63,544 bases of DNA, filler included, from Choristocarpus tenellus KU-1152 (GCA_964200185.2; 12 parts of 12 records of this genome joined end to end with filler, not necessarily neighbours in it); one strand, 5' to 3'; positions 13,529-28,049 are shown, counted from the first letter of the whole stretch. Numbers and translations are program-made. Notes: a model not told the origin generated them from the letters alone.

Positions 13529-14935
13529 CTTGGTCTGGACAAGAAATTGGTAACGGAAAACGAGGAAATCAAAAATAGGATTTGCCCACAGCGAATACAG
13601 AAGCATGGAAATAGAGAATGAAAAAGTTCTAAATTTGGGCGACCATTTGAATCGCCACTGTCTGTACAGGCCCAACTAAATTCACCTACAACCCCAAACC
13701 AGACCCCCCAAGGACCTCTCTGCTCAATACACGTTTCCAAACCAATATACCATGAAAAGAGATAAAAGTGGCAGAACAACAGACCCGCTCACCTAAAGTT
13801 GGGATACTGGGAATCTTGGACAAGGTGAATAGGGGGTGAGGAAGGTGAAGGTGGCTTGATCACGTGGTGAGTCAAACCGCTTCAAAACGCCCTCCTTCAA
13901 GAGGTCACAACCAAAACATGAGGAGTCCTCAAATATCAACCTCCATTCGCATTTCCCACCACAGTTCCATTAGATTTTCATTATGATGGATTAATGGATC
14001 GATATTCATATGTCTTTTAAAGAATCACATTCTTGGTACCCGTCTTTATGGTGGAGAAGTATGGTGTGTAATACTATAGAACCACTATAGTTGTTGATAT
14101 TAATCGGAGGAAATATGTATTTACTGCTGAGAACGATCGTAAGGATATGACTTGGATTTCTTAAGAGAATTATGATGAATATTGTGATTTGGAATCGGAA
14201 ATATTATTGGTGTGATATTTCAAACTTTTAGTCTCACCAAGAGTATTGTATTGCTTAGATATTATTGAAGAATAAGAGAAGTTTCAGGTAGAATCAGAAA
14301 TTTGAATCCGAATTTGAGCATTAGCGATATTTTCATATTTTTATACCTGACGTTTTTCCATTTACAAGTTTAACACCTCATGTGATACATTTTATCACCT
14401 ATCAATCCAATATTATTAATGTATATTATTATATACATTATTATCCACTCTAATATTTTGCACATCACCTCAATCCATCTATCTGTTCCTGTATCTCGCA
14501 CTTACATAAAATGAAAATAATGTACATAATATTGAATTATTATTATTATATTGATCTAAGGGACCCAAGATCTATAGTGGATGTATTTCTAGAATCGTAA
14601 TACACTTGAGAGGATTTTGAATTCGGAACTCGGGAATGGAGATGTGCACCTCTAAAATTAATATTTTCTTTTAAGTATAAGTTTTAGACGTCAAAATGGC
14701 AGTTTCGCTTGAATATCCTGATTGGTGCTTGGAGATGTGAGTGATGAGTTTAAGGCAGATAGTGAGAAAGAGGACACAATGTAGGTGTCGAGGAATGCTT
14801 CTCCCAGGACGTCGAAGCTGGGACGCGAGGAAAATATAGTCTTGGTCGATTAGACCTTGGTAGCATTGCCGAAATCAGCGTCTTAGCGATTTCCTCTGTA
14901 AGGAAGGCAGCCCTGCCCCTTGAACTCCACGCCTC

Positions 14936-16490
14936 ATGATGGATGAATCGCACGGCTCGGAGAGCAGAAGGAGTGCTATAACCGTGCCTGTTCCAGAAGA
15001 ATATTCTTCTCCTCAGTCAAGAGCCATAGAAATTCGTGGCGCCCTTATCTCGCAGCTCGTTTCTCAGCTAAGAGGTGGAAATATTACGAAAACTGAGCTT
15101 TTTGCACAGTTGCACAAACTAGGGGGACCCTCCAGCATAAACACACTGGACCGACCTAGAGAAGAGGCGGGAGTGAGTAACCAATCAGAGTCCATAAGAT
15201 TCGATGCTGGCTCACCGTCGTCTTCGACCCTCTCGTTGTCCATCTGGGGGGACAGAAAACCTGGATTGTTCTCTGCTGGGGACCGGCAGGTGAGGTGATG
15301 GAAACAATCTTACCTGCACATTGGGACTAAACAAACCTCCTCAAGCCAAACGCAAGGAGTACCTGTTGCAATATTGCTTGATTCGTCCCGTGAACTGCAC
15401 ATATGGTGTCGCATATGTCCAGTTTACCAATGGAGCACCTAACAAGGCAAGGGCAGAAGATCATAATTGTTTGCCATACAACTGCTTTTTTGTCTGCTCG
15501 TGAAAGTGTTACATTATCCTGGGTTGACAATATTAACACTAGTAGACTAGTCTATAAACACTTTTAGTTGGCAGGGCACTGCAGCAATCGATCGTCCCCC
15601 TGTTCCCTTTCTCTTGATACCGTGATGGGGGGTCAGCTCAACCCTCACTTGATGTATATACAGCACCGACCAGTCTCAGATATGCACGGAAGGATAGGGA
15701 GATACTTCGAAGGACTCCTCCAGAACGGTTTGGATTTCGCGACAACCACATTTTCCTCGTAAAACGCATGTCCTAGCTTCACCAACGATCTGATAAGTAG
15801 ACTCGCCTTAAGTCTTCTCTTTCCCCTTTCCATCCAGGCTATTATCAAAAGCATCGTAGATCAAAAGCGCCGTAGGGCAGTGGAGGCCTTGGACGCGTGG
15901 TCCCCTCATACACCGCAGCCAGGGAGAGTCCCACCAGAGGGGATAGAAATGGGACTTGACTCAACACAAGAGAGAGAATCTTGGGCAGACTCACCGATAA
16001 AAAACACTGATTTCCACTCCCAACACCAGAGCAGTCAGGGAGACTTGTCCCAGCTCTTCCTGAATCAAAGCAAGAGCCCAGGAATGCGACCCTTTCCTTT
16101 CCCTGACTGCTCTTCCAGCTACTGGGGCACTGATGGTGAAGGTGATACAAGCCCATGGGAAGATGAGGAGGGAAGGGCTGGGCAGGGAAGACAGCAAATC
16201 GACTCTACTAAGTATGTGAGCCAGGCTGATGGTTCTGGGGATAAAATGGATAATAGCCAAAAGCAGCAACAAATAGGAGAACGGACACCAAAGGCCACCC
16301 AATTTCCACATACTCCCCATTCAGGTATGAGAGGGGGTACTTCTGTACATCCCCCTCCCCCACCCCATGGAGAGGTAAGCAGCAGCGAACGAGGAATTTC
16401 TAAAAATGGAGATGTTGGGTGGACTTCAGAGACTGACAGGGACCAAGCGAGGGGGAGGGGGGGGAAGAGCAGGGGAGAGGGGGCACGGGG
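14936..16490 (+). CDS. Hypothetical protein, 5' part; exons 14936-15289 and 15838->16490; divergent from the BAH gene
   Basis: Two long in-phase ORFs joined by a CAG|GTGAG...CCAG| intron; largely disordered composition. Confidence 0.65.
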
Positions 16491-16859
16491 NNNNNNNNNN
16501 NNNNNNNNNNNNNNNNNNNNNNNNNNNNNNNNNNTTAATTAATTAANNNNNNNNNNNNNNNNNNNNNNNNNNNNNNNNNNNNNNNNNNNNGCAAAAAAAA
16601 ACCTTTCGGTACTTTTATAAGACCGTTTTCGCAGAACAACCATCCTCATAGCCCCGCTCCATCCTCAATTTTGAAAATCCTCTGTTATTTGTTGACCTGT
16701 TTTGGGGCTAGTTGGAATTATATATTTCTTTTAATAAAAGTATATACTCTTATCTGGTCAGAAAAATGTTGATCTTGACTGTGCTTTACGACTTTTGATG
16801 ATCCGTTTTCAAAGGAAATGAGGGGATTGTTGATCATTGTTGGAATCCAAGGGTTAATT

Positions 16860-16959
16860 TGGAACTGGAGTCCCTATGTTGGAAACAACTGGCAGAGTCG
16901 GAACTGGAGTCCCTATGTTGGAAATAAACTGGCAGAGTCGGAACTGAAGCCCCTATGTT
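16860..16959. repeat. Tandem repeat, ~39-40 bp x2.5
   Basis: GGAACTGGAGTCCCTATGTTGGAAA(C/TA)AACTGGCAGAGTC repeated with no unique spacers. Confidence 0.85.
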
Positions 16960-17750
16960 ACCAAAGAGCAATTATGCATGCCACTGCAGCATTATCTAAG
17001 GTGATGGATATTTACTATCCAGATAATGATTATTGCCTGTGGTAAGCATGAAACAAGTAGTCCCTGCATGGAACATAGTATGATATAGCAGAAGTTGGAA
17101 CCATGAAATAACTGACATCAGAACAGATAGCAATTTATGTAAGATGTTTTGATTTATTTTTTTATTGTCATTTTGTGCTTTTGAATATATATTTTTCTGT
17201 GTACATCAGGTACCTGACCTCCTTTATTCCATGTATTTTTTTCTTTCCCCTTTTTATTCTATATTGTTCTTTCATTTTTTTTGCATTTTCTTTTTTTTGC
17301 ATTTTTTATCTATCCCTTGCTTAACCTTTTTTTTTCTCTCCTCTTTATCCGGACAGGTACCTGATCCCCCTAATTCCTTGTTTTGTTGTTTGCTCTTTTT
17401 TTATAGCTGATTTTGATGTTATTGCCTGTTTTACGCACTAGCAGCCGTCAGTACGCTTCGTGCTTGGGGGGCAAGAGACAGACAATAATCAGATGATACT
17501 TGGCACCTTAGGGTAGCTGTACTTTAGAAAGAGAAAATGTATACTCGGATTAGGTTAGTTGCAGACAGGTTTCTCCAAGTAGATAAGGATATATATTTTG
17601 GGCCTAGTAGGAGCTAGGTATTTTTTCTTCTCCTTTCTTTCTCCTTGCCACAGGATGATCTGAGGTGATTGAAGATATATATTACCTTCACTGGTGACAA
17701 TCGCCTGTGGTAAGCGTGAAACATGTATTGCTAGTTCACGCTGGGGGGCA

Positions 17751-18349
17751 TGTTACAGGCGAATAGCGTGAGCATTTATTCTTGTGTTCCAACTAAGTGC
17801 GAGCATTTGTTGCACGCAAATAGTGCGAGCATTTCTTCTCATGTTATAGCAAACACGAACATTTGTGACAGATGTATAGTGCGAGGATTGTTTCTGGCAT
17901 TCTAACAAGTGCAAACAATATACGATATTAGTAAGACATAGGTAGCCTTACAGAGTAAATGATTTCATAGAAGATACAGAGTAAGATTCGGAATGCATAC
18001 GTAACATTAGTCAAAGCCCCTAAGAAGTTGCAGAATAAAGGTTTATGATTGGAGTACGTGTAGAACAGTTGCATAGAAGACCAAAGAAATTGGGTGGATG
18101 ATGAAAATAATAAGAGGCCTTGTGGTCAAATGATCACCCCTTTTTGCCTCCAGTCTTATCCTTTATCTTGAACGAAACTTTGAGTCGAGCTTTGAGCTAA
18201 GCACTGAGTGGAATATCAAGAAGAGAAGGACACCTGACACCCTACAAACTGTTGTAAAGGGCAATGCTCCCATAGCGTCGTTTTAAGGTCGTTGGATTTG
18301 AGTTGTACATCCTGTCTGTGGAGGTGAGTTCTGAGGGGTGCCTGTAACA
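17751..18349 (-). mobile_element. Family D TG...CA element (solo-LTR-like)
   Basis: TGTTACAGGC...GCCTGTAACA ends; reverse-complement homology to 61800-62411; no TSD retained. Confidence 0.8.
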
Positions 18350-20003
18350 GTTCCCCTAGTGGCTGACGGGTGGCCATCATACGTCTGCGGTGCAATGGTT
18401 ATGGTCCTCTCCACGAACGGCGACAACAAATGCTCCATATTTGTGAGGCTCCTTGGTTTGGTTGTTGGGTGAGTGAACGAGTGTCGGGGTTGGTCACGTG
18501 TATGGTTTGGCAAACGCTTTTTTTTCTGCACTATAATATAATTCTTCAAATAAATATGCAAATATGAAAAAATCGTGCACACTCCACAATTTGACCCTAA
18601 GGTGGTACCAGTAGCTTCACCCTCTCTAGCAATCTTGTTTTGATCACCAGGGTTACCACAACAGTTACACAAGATTGCATGTATTAAATGAACGGGTGTG
18701 ACAAGAGCTTTAGAAGGTTGTATGCACGAATGTCCAGGCTTAGAGGATCGGGAACTATTTCCCGATCAAGTAATGGAAAATACGCGGGGGAACATCTCCA
18801 CCGCAATTTCAAAGGTGACTTCGAAATGGACAAAAATGAAGTGGTTGGACGAACTCCTTGCGGAAACCTGGTTCAGGGTACGTCGCTGCCCAAGTTTGGC
18901 TGGTGTGTATGTACCGAAAAAAAGAAGCAAGACTTCTGGAGATCTTTTTAACGCCTTTTGCAGACTTTCTGTGAGCACACGCATGCGTGACTTACACAAC
19001 AACACATGAACCACGACAGTGAGACAAGGAGAGTCGCCGAGGCCACTTTGCCCCCTGGATCTACACTCGGCACGTTCTCTGTTGAGAGGCGACGGAAATA
19101 CAAGTTAGGTGACAAGAAAGTGCGATATTAGGTGACTAGAAAGTGCGTGTAGTGTGGCGCAGCAGCATAATCAAATCGTGAAATGGATCACGGGGCCGCG
19201 ATGCTGACGCTGAGAGAAGAAGCATTGTAAGCATTACCACACAAACATGGTTGGATCTTCAATCACTTCGGATCACTGCTCTGCAGTCTCTGCCGCCTCG
19301 GGAAACCAGGAAGAGAGCGGCGAGTCCATCACCAGGTGGTACAGTGACGAAGTCTATGGCGAAGCCTGCTGGTCATGGCGGCCAAAGTGAGAACCAGTAT
19401 GACCGACCGAAGGAAAGGTTGGGGAAGAGAGCAGTGTGACTTCGTGTGAAGGGCTCAGGAAACGCCGAAGCAAAAACCCGGGTGTAGAATATCTTAGTAG
19501 TCAACAGTTGCAGCAGGCCCTTGCTGTTTGGAAGCTGTTCGAGTCAGAGTGGCTTAAGGAAACGAGAAAGAAGGTGTTTCGGTTGGACTACAAGGGCTCT
19601 GAAGCCCGAAAGAATGTCGAAAGGACTCGCTAGGCGGAGGAGAAAGCAATCGTAACAAAGGCAACTGTGGCGACTTTTCGATACCAGCTAGTCCCTTACT
19701 TAGAAGAGTTCGCGAAGCAGGGGGAGTTAGTCATCGACAAGAGCGCCAGGGAAGAAGAGGAGCCTTCCTGAAAGACCAATCTCCCAAACACTATCATGAT
19801 ATAGCACCCATGACGAATGTTGCAACACTATTCTGTTCGCATAGCCTGAACTAGCATGTGGGTGCCATCGTGTATCCAATCGATTGTATAACCCTGTAGT
19901 CACGGCTCTCCACCTAACCATTGTCGCATAACTTGCCGTAGCTCAGACTCTCATTTCGGTCAATCCTTCCTCGACAATTGAACGTTCACAGTATGGAGCA
20001 TGT

Positions 20004-20066
20004 TGTTCGATTAGACTCTTCCAACTCTATCGGACAGTTACGGTAAATTATTTATGGAGTAATGGA
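20004..20066 (+). mobile_element. 5' fragment of the putative copia LTR seen at 28050, cut by the contig end
   Basis: Near-identical TGTT(C/A)GATTAGACTCTTCCAACTCTATC..ACAGTTACGGTAAATT. Confidence 0.7.
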
Positions 20067-20166
20067 NNNNNNNNNNNNNNNNNNNNNNNNNNNNNNNNNN
20101 NNNNNNNNNNTTAATTAATTAANNNNNNNNNNNNNNNNNNNNNNNNNNNNNNNNNNNNNNNNNNNN

Positions 20167-21145
20167 TGTGGACGTGTGGGCCGACCGGGCACGGAGCAGT
20201 CCCCCCCTTTCTTGACAGATGGGTTTTCTCATGTGACAGGCGTTTTGGAGTTCTTGCACGAGGTAACGATTAATTGACTATTGTTATTATTCATACAGTT
20301 GTGTTGGGGTGGTGCAGGGGGGAGAGATCTTTTTGTTGTATGTATAAATATATTATTATAAATATATTATTATAAATGTTTCATTGGTGACAGTGTGTTG
20401 TTTAGAGGATGATACATACCATTGTGTAAGTTGTATCATGTAGATTTAGCATTGATTGGAATGATACCATGCAAGAATGTGATATGTTTATTGTTTATTA
20501 ATATCTGTACATTATATAGTCCACTGCAGAGTAGAGTAATGCCACCATTGTTAGAGTAGTAGTATTACTACTGGTAGTACTACTAGTAGTAGAAGTATGT
20601 TATTATTAGTAGTAGTGGTAGTAATAGTAGTAGTATGTTATTACTAATAGTGGTATTAGTAGTGGTAGTAATAGTAGTAGTATGTTATTACTAATAGTGG
20701 TATTAGTAGTGGTAGTAGTAGTAGTAGTAGTAGTATGTTATTAGTAGTAGTGGTAGTAGTAGTACTAGTATGTTATTAGTAGTAGTGGTATTAGTAGTGG
20801 CAGTAGTAGTGGTGTGTTATTAGTAATAGTGGTATTAGTAGTGGTAGTAGTAGTAATAGTATGTTATTATTATTATTAGTAGTACTAGGTATTCCTAGCC
20901 TATGTGTATATGATACGATATGATAGTCGTTTCTTCCTTTCCTCTTTTTTTCTTTATCAGTTTTTTTTCTCATCCATTTTCATTCACAGACATTATTTTT
21001 TATATTTATCTATTTATTTCATTGTGACTGTGGTCGTCCATCTCATCTTCTTACTGTACTGTCTTCCCGCCCTTGTGTCTTTTTTTCACAACTTGAAAAA
21101 AATAATTTAAACTCTAAAGTGTGCACATACACACATACACACACG

Positions 21146-21188
<43 letters not shown>

Positions 21189-23143
21189 CATCCAACAGGA
21201 GTCAAATGTAACTGTCATACACACACACACACACACACACACATCATCCAACAGGAGTCAATGTAACTGTCATTTTTTGTGTCTGTTAGCTAATGTCCCT
21301 TCACAATAAAAAAGCGAAAATGTAGAGGAGCTGATATTTGTCAGGCGGTGCACTAAAACGACCGATAAAACACAATAGAAACAACAATCATCAGTATATA
21401 GGGTATACCTTAGGCTGTCAGTGATACTGTCTCCGTACCACCCTACCACCCCCCAATTGAATTCTTTTCATTAACACAAAAAAATGGGAAAAAAAAATGG
21501 GAAAAAAAATGGGATTTTCCACGATCTTGTACGGTTCGATATGGAAAAAATATAATTTTATTTATGTTTATCGTACTGTCTTGAATTGGAGTGTGATTTG
21601 TCAGGGGCATAGTAGGCGATCGTCAGAAGGAGACCCCAAAAAACACTTCCGATTCTGTTTTTTGCATATTATTCTGAAACTGTTGATTCTGTGTTTTTAA
21701 AAAAAAACTTCGATATTTTGCCTTCGTTGTCGACTGACTGTCTAGGTCATGGGTCAGCAACCTGAGGTGACTGGGGTCCTAGGCGCCCACCTCCTTCCTG
21801 GTGGCAATGGGCTCTCCCAATCAGTCTTAAGAGCTCTGGAAGAGATCACTCCCGAGGATGCCAAGGATCTCCCTGCCTTTGAGGAGGTTTGCGCGCTTTA
21901 GTTTGTTTGTTTCTTGTGTTATGTGTGGAACTACTTTGTTTATTTTTTGTTACGTGTGCATTTGAGTGAGAGTTCATATGGAGGCGTATTTATTTGGGTA
22001 AAGTTCAGTCTATTGCGTTTCTTTTTTTAATGGGAGCGTGTGTGCTAGTGCTGTGCCTACTGGGAATTAAAAAAAAAAATGTTGTCCTTGGAAGATCAAC
22101 TTTTAGAGATTATGGTGTGAGAAAGTAAAGCAGGTTGTCTTATCTCCTTCTTTGGTCTTTGTTTTGGGAAAGATGATATTACATACGAAAATGTCCAATA
22201 TTTTTCCATTTAAAAAATAAAAAATAAAAATAAAAATGAGGTGCAACGCTTTTTGTACTCGAAGTAACAGCTCTGAGTAGCTCCGGGTTCATCTGTAGCA
22301 ACCTGTAGCCAAACAATGTGGTGGTGCTCTGGAGCTTGAGGGTGGACTCTCTGTGGCATGCTATGTGTCCCTTTGTTGCTCTGGTGTCCATGCAGTCAAT
22401 GCCATTTACTTGAGTTGAATTTATTCCTTTCCCCCTGAAGGGTGGGTGATGTCATGCATATTCAATAGCGGATCATTTCAACACCTTGAGGCCAATTTCG
22501 TCCAGAAATTTCTGATTTTCTGATACATACATATATATATATATATATTTTTTAAATCAAGACTGGATTTGGAACCCTCTTGTAGAAGGCATTGTGATGG
22601 TGGTCACTGGTCAGTCTTTCCGTTCCAAAACCTTGGGGGAGATTTTTTAATTTTCTCACAGTGTCTGTACTCTTTCTTTTTTTTTACTGTTGTATTGCAT
22701 GGATCGTGGATTAGGCACTATACATAGGTAAGGTTTTGTGTGAATTGATTGGGCGTGTTCTTGGGTTGGCTCTAGGGCGCTCCTGCACCACCTACATAAG
22801 AACAAAAAAAATGGTGCCCGATAGTTGAGAAATTCCTAACTTACACTATAGGTAAGAATTGGTAGATATCAGAAGGTACAATGGTTTTTATAGCAAGAGG
22901 CGTATCGACAAGATAATGTTAAATATTTGTTTGTATGAGCTTCATATATACATACACATACATATATCAACATGATAAGCATACGTACACACATATATAT
23001 ATGCAGGAGATGCGAGCATTTTGTCATGAAATGGAGGCGAAGGTGTTTAGCATGGGGTACAGTGATGGCAAAGGGCGGAAGGGACAATCCCCTGAGAGCT
23101 TTAAAATGAGCACTTCATTGTACTTAGATAATCTGGAGTCAAG
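20167..23143 (+). CDS. Partial gene, ZW10-like kinetochore/Dsl1-complex protein (middle region); exons <20167-20262, 21746-21886, 23007-23143
   Basis: Phase-consistent exons; LEEITPEDAKDLPAFEE|EMRAFCHEMEAKVFSMGY...SLYLDNLESR resembles my recollection of the ZW10 middle domain. Exon structure is firmer than the identity. Confidence 0.55.
20550..20885. repeat. Degenerate (TAG/TAT)n microsatellite in an intron
   Basis: Runs of AGT/AGTGGT/TATT. Confidence 0.9.
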
Positions 23144-25971
23144 GTATGTGGAAGCTGTGTTGTGTTGTGTTATGTTATGTTCAAGTGCATGATGGTAGTA
23201 CACAGTGCACAAGTAGTGTTAGTGTGAAGTGTGTTCTTCCCTTGTGTGTGTTTGGGAAGAGCGACCATGTGGGATTTGAGAGTCTTTTTTCCAAGAGAGG
23301 AAGGGGGGGGGGGGAGGCAAGGGGTTGAAGGTTTGTTTGGGAAGCAAGGAGGNNNNNNNNNNNNNNNNNNNNNNNNNNNNNNNNNNNNNNNNNNNNTTAA
23401 TTAATTAANNNNNNNNNNNNNNNNNNNNNNNNNNNNNNNNNNNNNNNNNNNNCGCTCTATTCGCCTGTAACACTTGACCATGGCAACGATGCGTGCGGCA
23501 ATATCTGCCTTGTCAAGAAACCCCTGCCTGGCAGCTGCAGAAACGGCCCTGCTGAAGTATAAATGTCTCACGATCGTGGATTCCAAGCACGCCTCCCCAC
23601 TGGCAGGCGTGCCACCACAGCCCCAGGAACAACAGCTTTCTTGGTTGTGTGATTGGCCACCCGTCTCAAGGCAACCGTCGCAATCACCGCACATTGCATC
23701 TTCACTACGGTCTAGACCTTGGAAGTAGTGTATAGCAACACGAGTTACCTTTTAATAGGAACCTCGGCACCTACTCTCTCCTCTTCCTCCTGTCTCCCGT
23801 CACATCTATATTGAGCCAACAATGTACCGAACATAGTAAATACTGCAACGTGACTACCGCACGCCAGTCCACCGACGCCTGATTTCTTTGTGGACAGAGA
23901 TGGGGAGATTTCTACATTACATCAACTAAGTCGAAGATATTAGGTATGCTTGGCGTGCAAACACAGGTAATTTATTAGGAATTACGTTCAAGGGACGCCC
24001 TCCAGTATATGTGGAAACCCTCATGTATTTTATAATGCATCGTACAGAGTCCATATACATACGGGAATCGTATGAGGCTCATAACCTGTTGAAACCTGGT
24101 ATTGAATCAATCTTGCTCTTGTACCGTTGCAGGTTGGTTACGATGAAGGTGTCATAGTGCAATGAAGCACCAGTGAATTCTGGTTGATGCACCTCGCGAC
24201 ATGTTGTACATAATCAGCGGTTATTTGTTACAATGTTGTGGGTATTCCTTCCGACACTCAAAGAAAGAAATGCATGCTCTGAGTAGAGCTTGTCATCTTG
24301 TGAAGAAGGGTTTTGTGGATGTTTTCACTTGAATGTATTGCATCCAGTTGTGTGTGTCAGGTACACTTAGTGCAGAGTGAACTCAAGGTCTATGTGGGGT
24401 AAAGCCAACCACAGAAAAAATAATATAACTCAACTTAAGATACAACTAGTGATTCTAACGTGAAGATAAAAAAAGGAAACAAGTTTGAATCAATATCTCG
24501 GACAACTCATAGTAGGTTTGTGGTATGTTTGACAGATGTCAACTGTTCCATACTTCCAATACACCATGGACGTGTAACGGTAATTGATGATCCTATGATG
24601 AGGTGTTCTGAAGGTGGTTGGGAATGTTGTGATGATGAGCTAATGAGGTAAGTGGAAGTAGCGACCATTACAATGAACAAATCAACATTCAGTATATGCT
24701 ACTGACGATATTGTATCGCGTCAAGAAATAAATCAAATGAGTAGCCTGTGTTTAACATTTATTGTAGTACATCACATCTGGTGTAATATAAGGAGATTTT
24801 GTACGATACAGTGCATTTCAGTACGGAATTTACGGCCTATAGTATTATATTGTTATGCCCTCTGACATTTTGCAGATGTATCAGGGGGAAACCAATGAAA
24901 ACTATCCGCCTATAGTATCCTACATGGATGTGGGGCTTAAAGTTGTTACTCTATTTGACACTTGATCGGGTTCGTAAGAGCACCCCAGTTTGATGCCCCT
25001 TCTCCCAGTCATTTTTCGTTCAGATTTGATCCAGGCAAGGGAATGGAAAATAAAGGTGTGTCCAGACGAAGGAAATTGGTCCTCGCATTTCACACGTTCA
25101 CTCAAATGATAAGAAAATCACTGCAGGGTCATAAATACCCGCCTGGCTGAAAGCCTGTTCCCCCCTCTAGGATAATATAAGGAGGCCTTCTAGTATAACT
25201 GTTTCTTGTCTCTTGAGTTCGAAACTGTAAGGATATGGGATTTGAAATATTTCTAGACCTTCATTGTGTAGGGTTGTTCTAGACGTCTGCAGGTGGACAA
25301 GAGGGATTATCACTTCCTCACTTCCAATCTCAACATGAGCTGGGGTTCCAAATAGAGGGACTTTTTTGGGTGTAGTTCAGGAATATTTGTCCTAAATTTG
25401 CGAAGGATTAAAGAAGAGAGAAATCATTGTAAATATCTGGGGCATCCTTGCCTCCTTAGTCCTTCTTCCTCAAAACCTTCAACTTTGTCCTTTCTTCCAC
25501 CTTTTCTCAAGCCTCTACTCCCACAAATACCTCTCATTTATTTCTATGGACTTCGTGACTACCATGTCAGCCTTCAAGCCATCCACTCTTTTTTTTTTTT
25601 CCACTCTCCCTCCGTACCTTGTCTTTGTGAGAATGTCAGGTGGTTTCATTCTCTACAGCAGCGAATTATCTTGTGCACTAAACATACATAATTCATAATC
25701 TAACCAGTTGAGAAAAAAGGGGAAAATGTTGGTAAAGTGTGTAGCTGAAGAATGTGGATACTCCAGTCATGAATACAAAAGATGTTAATTCGGTCGTCCA
25801 ATGATACTACATGGATGGGGTATGGTTCCATCAAGATCGGGTTGGTGGTTATTACAAATGTGAGAGTAGTTCCACCAGTGGTGGTGGTTCCCTCGAGCAT
25901 GGCACCCTGCAGCAGGTGTCACACCACACATGGAAAACGCGTGCTCTGTAGTTTCCTGTTGGCAATAGATG

Positions 25972-26395
25972 TGTTACAACACGCTCCAATGCTTACCTCC
26001 ACGGGATGTATAGCTCCAATCCACAGAGCTATAGATGACGCTGATGGTTGTACAAGACTCCTGGGATACTCCGACAGTCTCAAAAGGCCCAACAAGGATG
26101 GTGAATATCAGGTCAGCAGATAAAGGTATACTTCTGAGTCAATAAGCACGTATGTGAAATAGGTATCAGAAACATGAGACGTGGGGGTCTCTTTATAATC
26201 ATTTATATTTTATTTCTTCTAGTTTAGAGACATTGAAATACATCTGAAAACTGTTGTATACATTCCCAAGTTACAGGTCTTACTTGGCTACTTTGAGCAA
26301 CTCGTAGTTACCTTTTTTTGGGGTACCACACGCGCGTACACTGCTCGCGCTGGTTTGAGGGCGGAAATAAATACTTGCGATATTCGTCTGTAACG
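25972..26395 (+). mobile_element. Family D2 (divergent subfamily) TG...CA element
   Basis: TGTTACAAC...TTCGTCTGTAACG ends; TSD GATG/GATG; partial reverse copy at 38417-38607. Confidence 0.72.
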
Positions 26396-26876
26396 GATGC
26401 TGGGATATACATGGACACCTCTGGTGGAGCTGCCAATACAGATTAGAGTAGCTAACCAGACGCATAAGAGTAATTCACTAGTGGTATTGAATGGTAGGGA
26501 AGTGTATCATAGATACATCTTGCTATCCCATCTATATCACACATACTCTCTTTGCAGTGGTACATATGTGAGAGTAAGTTCATCAATACGTTTGTGTGTG
26601 GGGTGGGTGGTCAGGCGTTACCCCACACTTTATACTTGTAGTTCAGTCTAGTGTAGACACCATACACCGATGTTGGTGCTGTACACTCACTTAACCTAAT
26701 ACTGGAGTATTACGTTCCAAAACACAAAATATTAATAGGTTATGTTTCAAAACGTTGCAGGCCTTCCTATACTCTTCCAATATAATTCATCTTCCGTGAA
26801 AGTTTCCGAGAAAATCAACGCAAAAATCCGTTTTGAAATCGGAGGTCATCCCGAAGAGGTACATACATTAAGGAAT

Positions 26877-26899
26877 AGACTTATGGGATAGAGGGAGTA
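26877..26899. mobile_element. Orphan Stowaway/mariner-type TIR
   Basis: AGACTTATGGGATAGAGGGAG-TA approximates the reverse complement of the TIR at 32468; partner end not found. Confidence 0.55.
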
Positions 26900-27066
26900 T
26901 ATACTCAAGACTGAACACTTTCATGTTTTTTTACTGTACAGAATATCTTTAATTTGAAACCAACCTGCAGAACCATATCATATTGAACATGTACCGCACT
27001 AATGGATACTGAAACTTGGAATATCGAAAATCAAACTTTTAACCTCCTGGTTATCCTTCCAAATTA

Positions 27067-27565
27067 TGTTACAGGGTGGAAATCTCGGTAGGACCTCCAT
27101 GTTACAGTGTGCCCCCCAGAACTCACCTCCACAGGATATGCAACTCAAACCCAACGACCTTAAAACGATGCTACGCAGGGGTTCACAGATGATGACCACG
27201 TGTGGTGTCAGTTCATGCTTAGCTCAGTCAATGTCTCGCTTTTCGCTTTTTCAAAAGAGGCAAGGATCAAAGAACTGAGTGTGTGGTCATCAGTACTCAG
27301 CTTTTTATTAACATCATTCATCATTTTTCTACAGCCAAAGAGTTAAATGAAGTCTGCAAACTGCTATGTAGATACTTCAATCATAAATCTTTATTCTGTA
27401 ACTTTCAGGAATTGACATCTATTCTGTATGGTTATGGATGCATTTCGAACCTTAGTCTGCATCTTCTATCAATTCAAAGTTCCTCTAAATTAGGTTCTTA
27501 CGTATGTATACTGTTCGCGCATTTTGGCACGCAGAAAGAAATGCTCGTGCGATTCGCCTGTAACA
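27067..27565 (+). mobile_element. Family D element
   Basis: TGTTACAGG...CGCCTGTAACA; flanks ATTA/ACTA; closely similar to 52036-52520. Confidence 0.85.
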
Positions 27566-28049
27566 ACTATTTTTCAATCACTTCCTACATTTTTCACGAT
27601 GTCACATTGAGTCTCAATTCAACAGAAAAGTCCATACCCCTCAAACCACAACTATCGGTATACATTACAACAATACACTAAGTACGTTTCATAGTGTCAC
27701 GACCACATAATATTCCTTCACCACCTTCTTAACTCCCAACCCTTTCCACTTTTGACTGTCCACGCTGATCGAAGAATGTAGATAATTTTCAGCATTCATA
27801 AACAGACCTTGTTTTGTTCATGTCGAACAAAACAGGCGTCCCTCGTACGACATAATTTTCAGCCCTTGTTTGCATAAGACAAACGGCATGAAGTCCATTT
27901 TTTGACCTGCATATCGACCTTCTCTATCTTCCTGATCTTGAAACCCCTTGGTCCTGTCTCTGTCGTATTTGTTCTACATAGCACACTCGCTTCTCATCTT
28001 GAGCAACCCATTAATTTTAAAGAGTACGTTCTTGAACCTTGCCGTGTAC

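Noticed and set aside
16860-16959. CRISPR-like repeat
   Set aside because: The units are wholly repeated with no unique spacers, there are no cas genes, and the context is eukaryotic.
23453-27565. Family D copies as paired LTRs of one intact element
   Set aside because: The complete copies each carry their own TSD, and no PBS or gag-pol lies between them.
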